A stretch of 63,891 nucleotides of DNA, counting the filler, from Lama guanicoe (lineage: Eukaryota): assembly GCA_013239625.1 (NCBI GenBank). It is 195 parts of 195 records of this genome, joined end to end, with 100 filler letters (N's around TTAATTAATTAA, not from the genome) between each part and the next. Parts side by side here need not be neighbours in the genome. Positions count along the whole stretch, not along the records: positions 49,856 to 50,083 come from PNXV01043206.1; positions 50,184 to 50,411 come from PNXV01043207.1; positions 50,512 to 50,739 come from PNXV01043208.1; positions 50,840 to 51,067 come from PNXV01043209.1; positions 51,168 to 51,395 come from PNXV01043210.1; positions 51,496 to 51,723 come from PNXV01043211.1; positions 51,824 to 52,051 come from PNXV01043212.1; positions 52,152 to 52,380 come from PNXV01043213.1; 187 more parts are not named here. One strand, given 5' to 3'. The notes under the pieces are model-generated. The model had not been told where the DNA came from and ran no database searches. It saw only the letters and a list, made by a program, of their open reading frames with translations. The position numbers and the translations under genes are program-made. Below are positions 49,756 to 61,917 of the stretch, piece by piece (the first letter of the stretch is position 1; each line of letters begins with the position of its first letter).

Positions 49756-51240
49756 NNNNNNNNNNNNNNNNNNNNNNNNNNNNNNNNNNNNNNNNNNNNT
49801 TAATTAATTAANNNNNNNNNNNNNNNNNNNNNNNNNNNNNNNNNNNNNNNNNNNNTGATGAATTCTGATGGATGTACACACAGTGAAATCACCGCCACGA
49901 TCAAGATAGCTGACATCTCCGTCACTCCCCAAGAGGGGCATATTTCAAATTCCCAATTTACCCCTTCCCACCCTCTTTACCCCCGGTGACCATAAGTTTG
50001 TTCTCTATGTCTGTGAGTCTGTCTCTGCCTGGCAGACAAGTTCATTTGTGTCATCCTTTTCAGATTCCACAATGTAAGCGATANNNNNNNNNNNNNNNNN
50101 NNNNNNNNNNNNNNNNNNNNNNNNNNNTTAATTAATTAANNNNNNNNNNNNNNNNNNNNNNNNNNNNNNNNNNNNNNNNNNNNCCCCATTGATTTGACCT
50201 GGGAGAGCCTTTTGGAGAAACTCTGTTCATGAGTGATCCTGGAAAGACATATCAGTAAGCACTGCTCTCAATTTAACTTAAGTCATAATTTAACTTACTC
50301 ACCTACTCAAAAACCTTCAATGAGTTTCAATGGAATTTTAGACTTGGTTTTCAGAAAAATTTCTATTTTAAGAGCCTCCACAATGCAACCTGCCCTAGTC
50401 ATCAGTTGTCANNNNNNNNNNNNNNNNNNNNNNNNNNNNNNNNNNNNNNNNNNNNTTAATTAATTAANNNNNNNNNNNNNNNNNNNNNNNNNNNNNNNNN
50501 NNNNNNNNNNNTCTGGATCTGCCTGTCTGGAGAGGTCCCACTCTGAGAACTGACCCAGCACCAGGCTACGCAGTGGTCACTGATGGTGACTACTTTCGTT
50601 TCTGCCTCCAGCCACTCCCAATAAAATGAACTTTCTTCTTTTTTGAGGGAAAGGTCTGTGCTTTCATCTCTAGTTCTTCTGCAAAGTACATGATAAATGA
50701 CTGGTGTGCAATAAATGAAAACAAGATGAATAGATAAGANNNNNNNNNNNNNNNNNNNNNNNNNNNNNNNNNNNNNNNNNNNNTTAATTAATTAANNNNN
50801 NNNNNNNNNNNNNNNNNNNNNNNNNNNNNNNNNNNNNNNGGGTTTTGTTCCTTAATCAACCTAAGTCTCTGTGCCAGTCTTTCATATGTAGTGGGAAAGT
50901 AATTCAGCTGTGTGCCACGTGACCGTCTGAGCCAGAATAAATGCGAGTGAAATGGCTTAGGAAATACAATAAGCTCAAGGGTTTTGTTTTGTTTTGTTTT
51001 AATCTATTGGCTTAAATATAAGTTGCACTTCCATAGAATGGGAAGGAAGCAGTGACTGAGAGAAGGGNNNNNNNNNNNNNNNNNNNNNNNNNNNNNNNNN
51101 NNNNNNNNNNNTTAATTAATTAANNNNNNNNNNNNNNNNNNNNNNNNNNNNNNNNNNNNNNNNNNNNATTTTACATTGAAATGAACGTCTAGAATTAAAT
51201 TTAAATTGTCCTAGCGAACTCTTGAATTTCTGAGTATATA

Positions 51241-51395
51241 CAGGCATACCTTGGAGATACTGCAGGTTCGGTTCCAGACCACTATGATAAAGCGAGTATC
51301 ACAATAAAGTGAGTCACATACATTTTTTGGCTTCCCAGTGCATATAAAGGTTATGTTTACACCACACTGTGGTCTACTAAGTGTGCAATAGCATT
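51241..51395 (+). mobile_element. Tigger1 5' end with TA target site
   Basis: ta|caggcataccttggagatactgcaggttcggttccagaccac...gtgagtcaca...ttcccagtgcatataaa. The same terminus appears at 30380-30403. Confidence 0.9.
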
Positions 51396-51495
51396 NNNNN
51401 NNNNNNNNNNNNNNNNNNNNNNNNNNNNNNNNNNNNNNNTTAATTAATTAANNNNNNNNNNNNNNNNNNNNNNNNNNNNNNNNNNNNNNNNNNNN

Positions 51496-51723
51496 AGTAT
51501 CTTAAGATAGTTTTTCAACTTCATTGGCGTCCATCAGCTGCACACGTGCAAGTGTAGAAGTGGGTCTGTTCTGACACAGGTCTGCACGTGGGTAATACTC
51601 CTGCACCGAGGTACCATTTGCATCACCCCCAGAATTTCCTCGTGCCCTTTTGTCATCCATCCCTCCAGCCACCCGTCTCCAGGCAACCGCTGATCTGTTT
51701 TCTGTCACTGTAGATTTGTTTGC
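51496..51723 (-). mobile_element. Old L1 3' UTR fragment
   Basis: catcacccccagaatttcctcgtgcccttttgtc...ccaggcaaccgctgatctgttttctgtcactgtagatt. Confidence 0.75.
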
Positions 51724-51899
51724 NNNNNNNNNNNNNNNNNNNNNNNNNNNNNNNNNNNNNNNNNNNNTTAATTAATTAANNNNNNNNNNNNNNNNNNNNN
51801 NNNNNNNNNNNNNNNNNNNNNNNAGGGCAGAACCAAGTGCAGAGGGAGAGCGCACGAACCCCGCCCCCCGCGGAGGGCCCGCCCCTCCCGGCGGCTCAG

Positions 51900-52051
51900 C
51901 CGGTCGGTCGGCGACGCAGCGCTGCCGCTTGGCCTTGGCCAGCACGTGGCGGCTCTTGAGGTCGCGGTGGGCGGCGGCCGGCTTGCCCTGCGTGCCGAAG
52001 GTCTCCACGTGCAGGTGCGCCAGGCCGCAGGCCGCGGACGCCGCCAGCCTC
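51900..52051 (-). pseudogene. ACVRL1: Degenerate ACVRL1 (ALK1) kinase-domain exon copy followed by intron-like sequence
   Basis: [48 protein letters not shown] versus recalled ALK1 [30 protein letters not shown](F/L)KSRNVLVKSNLQCCIADLG. Catalytic-loop N is H, DLG is lost, and the donor position reads CTGAG. Confidence 0.8.
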
Positions 52052-52151
52052 NNNNNNNNNNNNNNNNNNNNNNNNNNNNNNNNNNNNNNNNNNNNTTAAT
52101 TAATTAANNNNNNNNNNNNNNNNNNNNNNNNNNNNNNNNNNNNNNNNNNNN

Positions 52152-52380
52152 TACACACTCAGTGATTGAGCCATTTCTTGCTATTTACCCAAGAGAAAGG
52201 AAAGTGTGCATTCATAAAAAGACTTGCACAGGAATGTTTATAGCAGCTTTATTTATAAAAGCCCCAAGCTAGAAACAGCCCAAAATGTCTATCAACAGGT
52301 GAATGAATAAATAACCAAAATATTAATCATTGATAAAAAGAAATGAACTGCTGATACACACTACAACAGGAATGAATCTC
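52152..52380 (+). mobile_element. Old L1 ORF2 3' fragment
   Basis: tatttacccaagaga...aatgtttatagcagctttattt...tcaacaggtgaatgaataaa. Confidence 0.85.
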
Positions 52381-53795
52381 NNNNNNNNNNNNNNNNNNNN
52401 NNNNNNNNNNNNNNNNNNNNNNNNTTAATTAATTAANNNNNNNNNNNNNNNNNNNNNNNNNNNNNNNNNNNNNNNNNNNNTTTACTATATATAATCATCA
52501 AACACTGAATTACAAAATCCTGAACTAGTGTCTCATAAGATATTTGGGTCAGGTCAGGTCAGGTCAGGTTCTTGGGTGCCTCTGTTCACATAATTTTGTT
52601 TAATGATTAATACATAACTGTATTTTATGGGAGTTTGCTTTTAATTTTTCTTCAGTGAACTTTACTTTCACTAAGTTGGATGAAAAGACAAGAAAGGAAG
52701 TATTAAATGNNNNNNNNNNNNNNNNNNNNNNNNNNNNNNNNNNNNNNNNNNNNTTAATTAATTAANNNNNNNNNNNNNNNNNNNNNNNNNNNNNNNNNNN
52801 NNNNNNNNNCCGCGGGCGGCCCCGGCTGGCGCACCGGCTCCCAGCCTCCGTGGCCCGCCCGGTGCTGGGGGGCGGGCACGTCTCTCCTGTCTTTCTCGCC
52901 TAATCGGCATTTCCCTCTTCACTGGGGGGTTCCCACCAATGTGTAGGCACCTCCTACTCCCCCATCCTGACACAAAGGCTTTGGACTCCTGTATCAGCTC
53001 TGCCTCCTGCCCATTTCTCTCTTTCCTCTCGTGCAAACNNNNNNNNNNNNNNNNNNNNNNNNNNNNNNNNNNNNNNNNNNNNTTAATTAATTAANNNNNN
53101 NNNNNNNNNNNNNNNNNNNNNNNNNNNNNNNNNNNNNNTGTGCAGAAGACACTAAGATGGAAGGGAAAATAAATATATCAGGTAACAAGACCAACACCTA
53201 AACAGTGCAAGTGGTTGCATACACATGGCATCTCCATGCACTGGAACAGCATAAGGCCATGAAAAATGGAGAAGTTCTTCTTGTATGAATCCAGAAGGTT
53301 CACTAAAATGGAGTGCAATGAGAAAAAAACAGGATGTGATACGGTGTATGCAGTATGCCACCACCTNNNNNNNNNNNNNNNNNNNNNNNNNNNNNNNNNN
53401 NNNNNNNNNNTTAATTAATTAANNNNNNNNNNNNNNNNNNNNNNNNNNNNNNNNNNNNNNNNNNNNGTGCATATCTGTTTAAAATTGTTATATTTTCTTG
53501 TTGAATTGACCCTTCTATAAATGTAATGTAATGCCTCTCTTTGCCTTTTATAACAGTTTTTCACTTAAAGTCTACATCTAATATAGTCACCCCAGCTGTC
53601 TTTGGGTTTCTGTTTGCACGGAATATGAATCCTTCCTTTCCTTTCTAAGTATTTGTGTCCTTGCATCAAAGTAAGTCTCTTGTAGACGGCATGCANNNNN
53701 NNNNNNNNNNNNNNNNNNNNNNNNNNNNNNNNNNNNNNNTTAATTAATTAANNNNNNNNNNNNNNNNNNNNNNNNNNNNNNNNNNNNNNNNNNNN

Positions 53796-54023
53796 AATAG
53801 ATGCCAGAGAGGGTGTAGAGAAAAGGGGACCCTCCTGCACTGTTGGTGGGAATGTAAACTGGTACAGCCACTATAAAGAATAGTACGGAGATTCATTTAA
53901 AAAACTAAACACAGAGTTACCATATGATCCTGCAAGCCAACTCCTGGACATACATCTGGAAAAGGCAAAAACTCTAATTTGAAAAGATACATGCACCCGA
54001 ATGTTCACAGCAGCACTATTTAC
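53796..54023 (+). mobile_element. L1 ORF2 3' fragment
   Basis: cactgttggtgggaatgtaaactggtacagccacta...gagttaccatatgatcc. Confidence 0.92.
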
Positions 54024-54250
54024 NNNNNNNNNNNNNNNNNNNNNNNNNNNNNNNNNNNNNNNNNNNNTTAATTAATTAANNNNNNNNNNNNNNNNNNNNN
54101 NNNNNNNNNNNNNNNNNNNNNNNGAAGCTGCTGGGTTCCTTCTTGCCTGAGGACAGCCTTCTGTCTGAGCCAGTCAGTTGCCTGTCCAGTTTGTGGAACA
54201 TTGTTGTTTATTATGTTATAAATTCCTACAGGCTGTAGGCGTGGCTTTGC

Positions 54251-54300
54251 TACCTCTAGTTAAGACATTTAAAGTTACCTGTAGTTAAGACATTTAAAGT
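54251..54300 (+). repeat. 25-bp tandem duplication
   Basis: tacctctagttaagacatttaaagt / tacctgtagttaagacatttaaagt (1 mismatch). Confidence 0.9.
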
Positions 54301-55110
54301 GTTTTGTAGGCAGACCGACGTACTCACTTAGGGTTTTGTATTTAGTTGGCACNNNNNNNNNNNNNNNNNNNNNNNNNNNNNNNNNNNNNNNNNNNNTTAA
54401 TTAATTAANNNNNNNNNNNNNNNNNNNNNNNNNNNNNNNNNNNNNNNNNNNNTGTGGCCACCTCATCTATCGTAACAGTTCCGCGCACTGAGGAGCACTC
54501 AATAGTGAACTGGAGCCCACCTGAGACGGCGAACCCGGGATGTTTGGCTAAAGGCAGAAAAGGAGTCCGGCTCTTGTCTTATTTCTGTTATCCTTAATTG
54601 GGAAAGTGCATCTCAAAAACTCCATGCACAGAGGAGCCTTAACATAGAAGCGTCCATCTGTCTTTACCGCCCCCCTCCTTTNNNNNNNNNNNNNNNNNNN
54701 NNNNNNNNNNNNNNNNNNNNNNNNNTTAATTAATTAANNNNNNNNNNNNNNNNNNNNNNNNNNNNNNNNNNNNNNNNNNNNGCATCAGTAAATAGTACCA
54801 TCCACCCAACTGCTTAAGTTTAAAACCTGAATGTAACCTTGATTCCTCTTTCCCCACCCCTGCCCGGCCGCTCAGTTACCCAGTCCTGTTGTTTCCTCCT
54901 ACCCCAAATAGATCCACTTGATTCCCTGTGTGGTCTGAGCCACTTCATCGCGGTCTTCTACGATAGCTTCCTGACTGGTTTCCTCTGCAGCTCTTCCCTT
55001 TGTACGATCTNNNNNNNNNNNNNNNNNNNNNNNNNNNNNNNNNNNNNNNNNNNNTTAATTAATTAANNNNNNNNNNNNNNNNNNNNNNNNNNNNNNNNNN
55101 NNNNNNNNNN

Positions 55111-55339
55111 AGGCCAGGACCATGAGAGGTGGGTCTGCACAGTAAAAGTGGTTGATTGCGTTGGGTCCACAGAAGGAGAGGCGGAGCAGCAGGATGGTCT
55201 GTGCCAGACCATTTGCAAACCCATAAAAGTAATTAGCAGCAACGAGAGAGAGGCAGACGCGTCGGGACATCTTGCTGCCATACGACAAGGGTTTGCAGAT
55301 GGCCATGTAGCGGTCATAAGCCATCACTGCGAGCATGTA
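55111..55339 (-). CDS. Olfactory receptor family 5 (OR5M-like), TM3-ECL2 fragment
   Basis: [17 protein letters not shown]...[21 protein letters not shown]; open frame. Confidence 0.92.
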
Positions 55340-56755
55340 NNNNNNNNNNNNNNNNNNNNNNNNNNNNNNNNNNNNNNNNNNNNTTAATTAATTAANNNNN
55401 NNNNNNNNNNNNNNNNNNNNNNNNNNNNNNNNNNNNNNNAAGGACCCTTATTTCCTTCTTATTCAAGAATGTTCAGCTGTTTTATTTGGGGGCCTGTCTG
55501 TGCCAAGTTCCTCACAAAATTAATGCACTTAATTTCATTTGTGAGAATCATCTTTTTGATACTGAATCTTTCTACTCAATAAGACAATGTCTCCATTTAA
55601 TTTTTTTAGCGTCCTACAGTAAAGTTTCATAATTTTTCCAAACAGCTTGCATATATTTCTAGATCCACNNNNNNNNNNNNNNNNNNNNNNNNNNNNNNNN
55701 NNNNNNNNNNNNTTAATTAATTAANNNNNNNNNNNNNNNNNNNNNNNNNNNNNNNNNNNNNNNNNNNNTAATCCATTCACAAAGGTGGGTCTACCTACCC
55801 AGCTCTTTAAACAAGAGTATCCTAGCCGTGCTCCGAGAACATGCAGGCTGAAGGCTCCTGAACTTACCCCTGCCACAGAAGGACTGTTCTGGAATTAGAG
55901 ACCTCCCTGACTCTTTGGAAAATATCTTAGCAGACTATAAACGTGGCACTCAGCTTAGAGCCTCCTGTCAGGCAAAAGGTTTTATTTCTCTGCCCAANNN
56001 NNNNNNNNNNNNNNNNNNNNNNNNNNNNNNNNNNNNNNNNNTTAATTAATTAANNNNNNNNNNNNNNNNNNNNNNNNNNNNNNNNNNNNNNNNNNNNTGA
56101 TATGGGGACTATGGGGGGGAGGCGTGACTAAATTATTCTATTCTGGGTAGATGATAGATTCTATAATACAGCCAGAAATGCGTTACTTTAATTAGTTTAT
56201 TTTTGGTACTCATAGACTTGGAGAGCATATATTTACGGTATTAGCTCTGTTTCCATTGGTTCAGTTACACTGCTACGACATTACAGAGCTATTTTTATTT
56301 CTCACATATCCCTTTCTAGATTTTTGNNNNNNNNNNNNNNNNNNNNNNNNNNNNNNNNNNNNNNNNNNNNTTAATTAATTAANNNNNNNNNNNNNNNNNN
56401 NNNNNNNNNNNNNNNNNNNNNNNNNNTCTTTAGTCTTGAGGCCGGGCAAGCACAGGGTTTACAGGCCTGTAGAGTGCAGCCCAACAGTTACCAAATTTGT
56501 GGGCATTTTGTTGTTCACACTATTCCTTTATTATGCTTTTAATGCCAGTGGGATCTGTAGTGATGTCCTCTCTTTCATTTCTGATATTAGCAATTTGTGC
56601 CCCTTCTCTCTTTTTCTTAGTTAGCCGGGCTAGAGGCTTATTGATTTTGAAAGATNNNNNNNNNNNNNNNNNNNNNNNNNNNNNNNNNNNNNNNNNNNNT
56701 TAATTAATTAANNNNNNNNNNNNNNNNNNNNNNNNNNNNNNNNNNNNNNNNNNNN

Positions 56756-56983
56756 AGAGACGTTCGTTCATCTAGCACAAAGGGAACAGGTTGCAGGAGG
56801 AACATTTACTCTGGTTCTCAGTCTTTTTCCTAGTGCCGGTTTGAAATTCCTGCACTTTTCACTGCAAAACCCAGTTGGAGCATGTACTTCACTATATATA
56901 TATATATGTTCTGGAATTTGCAACTGAAAAAAATCTATGTGTTCCCTTCAAGCTAGGTGAAGTACAGCATTCAGACACACATA
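56756..56983 (-). repeat. ~245-250 bp satellite family copy
   Basis: cgttcgttcatctagcacaaagggaacaggttgcaggag...ccggtttgaaattcctgcacttttcactg is the reverse complement of the family. Confidence 0.88.
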
Positions 56984-59900
56984 NNNNNNNNNNNNNNNNN
57001 NNNNNNNNNNNNNNNNNNNNNNNNNNNTTAATTAATTAANNNNNNNNNNNNNNNNNNNNNNNNNNNNNNNNNNNNNNNNNNNNTTTATTTGATATGAAAC
57101 CGCCTCACATCTTCAAAAGAGCCTCTAGTGAAAGGTTATGACCTAACAGATTCAGGCAAGGAGGTTCACTCCAAAGTGCTTTCTAAAGTACATGCTTAAG
57201 AGAACAGTAAGTATTTAGCTTAAAGGTAACATAGAAAAAGATTAACCTCACAACTTGAAAATTAGCTAATTTGTGGATCAAGTACAAGTACCTGACAAAG
57301 GCATTGGCAGAGNNNNNNNNNNNNNNNNNNNNNNNNNNNNNNNNNNNNNNNNNNNNTTAATTAATTAANNNNNNNNNNNNNNNNNNNNNNNNNNNNNNNN
57401 NNNNNNNNNNNNATTTTAGGGAAACTATGAGCATGTGACAGACTGTGGGAACCCTGTGTGCATGTGTCCCCTTTCAGGTCTGTTGTAGTAGAGAGCTTCA
57501 GAGGCACAAAGGTGATCAGGAGTAAAACCAGATCTCCAGCCTGGGACGCAGGTCTCTGTATTGTAACAGGAAAGGAAGTGTCAGCTTAACCCACCGATGC
57601 ATCACTAAGACCCAGAGTCAGCGATGCACGCGCTACAGGTANNNNNNNNNNNNNNNNNNNNNNNNNNNNNNNNNNNNNNNNNNNNTTAATTAATTAANNN
57701 NNNNNNNNNNNNNNNNNNNNNNNNNNNNNNNNNNNNNNNNNATAACAGCAAAGTAAGTTGGAGGAAGGTCACAAACAGAGCTACAGGTGTCTTGCTTCCC
57801 AGACCAAAGTTTTAGGTTCTTGGTTGTCTCAAGTGTGAATTTTATCCCAAAAACTATCTTGTAGCTACACCCAGATCTTTAAGTAACATTGGCTCTTTCA
57901 CTATTGTAAATTTGTCTTCTTGTAGGTCTGGCCTTATATACCCATGTTAACCTTTCACTATTAATAGGAANNNNNNNNNNNNNNNNNNNNNNNNNNNNNN
58001 NNNNNNNNNNNNNNTTAATTAATTAANNNNNNNNNNNNNNNNNNNNNNNNNNNNNNNNNNNNNNNNNNNNAAAATGGTCCAGGATGGACCCTAGGTCAAA
58101 AGAGCTGATCAAGGCCCATTAGGGCCCTCAGAGGTAAACATCTGAGGAAGGAGCTGTGCCTGAGGGACTAGAGAGACTTGGTGTAGAGCTGCGATTCTTC
58201 CTGGGCTGTGATTTCCCCAGGATGGGAAGTTTAGGGACATAACGAGGACCCACAACCACAAATAGGACCTTGGGGGATAGCAAGTCAGGAGATAGTTGGN
58301 NNNNNNNNNNNNNNNNNNNNNNNNNNNNNNNNNNNNNNNNNNNTTAATTAATTAANNNNNNNNNNNNNNNNNNNNNNNNNNNNNNNNNNNNNNNNNNNNG
58401 TGCTCACAGACTGCGAGAGCTCATATCCAAGAGTTCTCATCAATAAATTTCTCCCCCAAATCTGGTTATTTTCTACCTACATCACACTTAAGGGTCTAAT
58501 AGCTGTGAAAATAATTCCTAAATAATTACTTTGAAAACTTCCAAGAGATGATTTTCCCCCTTAACCTTCAAATGTAACGTTTATTATATTTGTAGTTCTT
58601 CATATACATTCACAATAAACACGTAATTNNNNNNNNNNNNNNNNNNNNNNNNNNNNNNNNNNNNNNNNNNNNTTAATTAATTAANNNNNNNNNNNNNNNN
58701 NNNNNNNNNNNNNNNNNNNNNNNNNNNNATTTTGGCTACTTCAAATTTGCAGGATTTTTATTTAAGTCATTAAATCGCCAAGTTTGGTACCTTGTCTTTG
58801 AGAGCATTCACAGAAAAGATAGTTTCACAAGTAATAATTATTACATCTAACGATAAAGGTGGAAAGTAAGAAAAATAATATCATTAAGTACTAACTATGT
58901 GCCAAACCCTATGCTTTATGGGTATTATCTTATTAAATCATAGCAACCATCTAGTGANNNNNNNNNNNNNNNNNNNNNNNNNNNNNNNNNNNNNNNNNNN
59001 NTTAATTAATTAANNNNNNNNNNNNNNNNNNNNNNNNNNNNNNNNNNNNNNNNNNNNTCTTTCACATTTTGTCCATATAAAGATCTTTGCTTTTTATGAA
59101 GACTTCCCTGGAGTCTCTGGTCAACTCACAGGGTCCTCCTGTCCTCCAGTGGCATTTTGTGAATTACTACACTTTTCCAGTTGTTCTCATGGCTACTTCC
59201 AGTTGGATTGACCCTCCATGTGAGCAGGAATTGTATCTTTTCATCTTTGTGTCTCTTATACCTAGCACCATCATCTGTTAAATAGTNNNNNNNNNNNNNN
59301 NNNNNNNNNNNNNNNNNNNNNNNNNNNNNNTTAATTAATTAANNNNNNNNNNNNNNNNNNNNNNNNNNNNNNNNNNNNNNNNNNNNATTTTGGCTACTTC
59401 AAATTTGCAGGATTTTTATTTAAGTCATTAAATCGTCAAGTTTGGTACCTTGTCTTTGAGAGCATTCACAGAAAAGACAGTTTCACAAGTAATAATTATT
59501 ACATCTAACGATAAAGGTAGAAAGTAAGAAAAATAATATCATTAAGTACTAACTATGTGCCAAACTCTATGCTTTATGGGTATTATCTTATTAAATCATA
59601 GCAACCATCTAGTGANNNNNNNNNNNNNNNNNNNNNNNNNNNNNNNNNNNNNNNNNNNNTTAATTAATTAANNNNNNNNNNNNNNNNNNNNNNNNNNNNN
59701 NNNNNNNNNNNNNNNGTTGTTGATCAGGTTGCCAAGTGTCACCTGAAGACTGACATGTGCCTCATAAGTAAAGACAGGGATGAGAACATTATTTGTGACT
59801 TCCAGGAGATGAGGAAACATGCATCCCATGTCTGCCCCCGTCCACTAGGGGGAGCAGTTTCCTAACACAAACACACTCATGTGTGAAATGCAGGCTTCCC

Positions 59901-61031
59901 TTTATCTAAACCTTCACTGGGACTTCAACATTTCTCCAGGGTAGNNNNNNNNNNNNNNNNNNNNNNNNNNNNNNNNNNNNNNNNNNNNTTAATTAATTAA
60001 NNNNNNNNNNNNNNNNNNNNNNNNNNNNNNNNNNNNNNNNNNNNGGGTGGCTTGTCTGCTGCTCTCGAGGGTTTGCGGAAACCCTGTTCCCGACGGTCCG
60101 TCGGGGCCGCGCCCGCCGATTTGGTGCATCTGAGGGTTCTGTTTTCTGGCACTGATTCAGCAAGGCACCTCCTCCCGCTCGAAGCCCCAGCCGGGAGTGG
60201 CGAAGGGGGTTGATGGGCGTCTCAAGGAAAGGGTCGTCTCCTGACGGTCCGCAGGAGGCTGCGGTGGAGCCGCNNNNNNNNNNNNNNNNNNNNNNNNNNN
60301 NNNNNNNNNNNNNNNNNTTAATTAATTAANNNNNNNNNNNNNNNNNNNNNNNNNNNNNNNNNNNNNNNNNNNNTGGTTACCAGCTGGGACCTCCTGTTGC
60401 CGAAAAGGGCCTGACAAATCGGACTTCTTGCTGCCTCTCATGGACAACAGATACATGCAAGACACCTGTGTTTCCAGGGACCACTCTATGAGGCCCAGTC
60501 AGTTGGTATTCTGTGAGATCTACTATTTTTCTTTCCTTCTCTCTCTCCCTTCCTCTCTGCGTTCCTTCCTTCCCTCCTTCCTTTTAATAAAAGCAGCAGA
60601 AANNNNNNNNNNNNNNNNNNNNNNNNNNNNNNNNNNNNNNNNNNNNTTAATTAATTAANNNNNNNNNNNNNNNNNNNNNNNNNNNNNNNNNNNNNNNNNN
60701 NNTTTTTCACAGACTGTGGCATATCTAATGTCCAAGGGTAAAAACTCTAATATATATTAAGTTTGCAATAAAGGCTTAAGGCTATTGTGGGGAGAATCTT
60801 GCTCTAAAGCACACAACGTCATAATGATTCTAATTTTTTTTAATTAACATGCTTGAAAAATAAGTTAAAGGCAAAACCCTCTAAAGGTCACTAGTTACTG
60901 TGACCTATGGAAGAGAAAATTTTGGAGCTATNNNNNNNNNNNNNNNNNNNNNNNNNNNNNNNNNNNNNNNNNNNNTTAATTAATTAANNNNNNNNNNNNN
61001 NNNNNNNNNNNNNNNNNNNNNNNNNNNNNNN

Positions 61032-61259
61032 TTAAAATGGTCACACTGCCCAAGGCAATCTACAGATTTAATGCAATTCCAATCCAATTACCCAGGACAT
61101 ATTTCACAGAACTAGAACAAACGCAATAAAATTTATATGGAACCATCAAAGACCTAGAATTGCTAAACATTACTGAAGAGAAAGCAAGAGGCTGGAGGAA
61201 TAACTCTCCCAGAATTCAGACAATACTATAAAGCTACAGTCATCAAGACAGCATGGTAT
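61032..61259 (+). mobile_element. L1 ORF2 fragment (frameshifted)
   Basis: [28 protein letters not shown], then [20 protein letters not shown]. Confidence 0.93.
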
Positions 61260-61688
61260 NNNNNNNNNNNNNNNNNNNNNNNNNNNNNNNNNNNNNNNNN
61301 NNNTTAATTAATTAANNNNNNNNNNNNNNNNNNNNNNNNNNNNNNNNNNNNNNNNNNNNAGGAAATCTGTCCTGAGTCAAAAAGTTTGCAAGTTGCACAG
61401 ATGGAGTTCGAACCCTGGACCAGAGAACCAGAAGGCCTCAGTTCCGAGCTGGGGACGCAGAATGGGCGACAAGGGGACATGGAGCACATGACCAGTGGAC
61501 ATGGAGTGGGTGACGAGGGGACACCCAGACACACCACAGCATGTGTGCCCTGGGTGAGGCCCGCAAGTGGCCCTAGGTAGGCCCTGAANNNNNNNNNNNN
61601 NNNNNNNNNNNNNNNNNNNNNNNNNNNNNNNNTTAATTAATTAANNNNNNNNNNNNNNNNNNNNNNNNNNNNNNNNNNNNNNNNNNNN

Positions 61689-61917
61689 AAATGACACGTC
61701 GTATTTTAATAGCATCACTCCTGCTACGATGAAGAGCGACTGACGTGGAGAAACAGCTGGAGTGGTAAGGCCAGTTGGGAGGAAATAGCGATAATCCAGG
61801 AAAGATGTTCAGAACTTTGACAGCGGATAGCGCTGACGATGTAGAAAGGCGATTTATTTCTAGCCACATGTTAATGTTGGAAAAAATACAATATCCTAAT
61901 GGATTAGATGAAGGCTG
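61689..61917 (-). mobile_element. L2 fragment
   Basis: ttttaatagcatcactc.tgct...gccagttgggagg...ataatccaggaaagatg...tggattagatg. Confidence 0.55.

Noticed and set aside
52547..52568. (GGTCA)4 as a nuclear-receptor response element array
   Set aside because: It is a short simple repeat with no supporting context.
48544..55339. Apparent gene cluster (ATXN7-like, ORs, ACVRL1-like)
   Set aside because: Contig order reflects length sorting, not genomic linkage.
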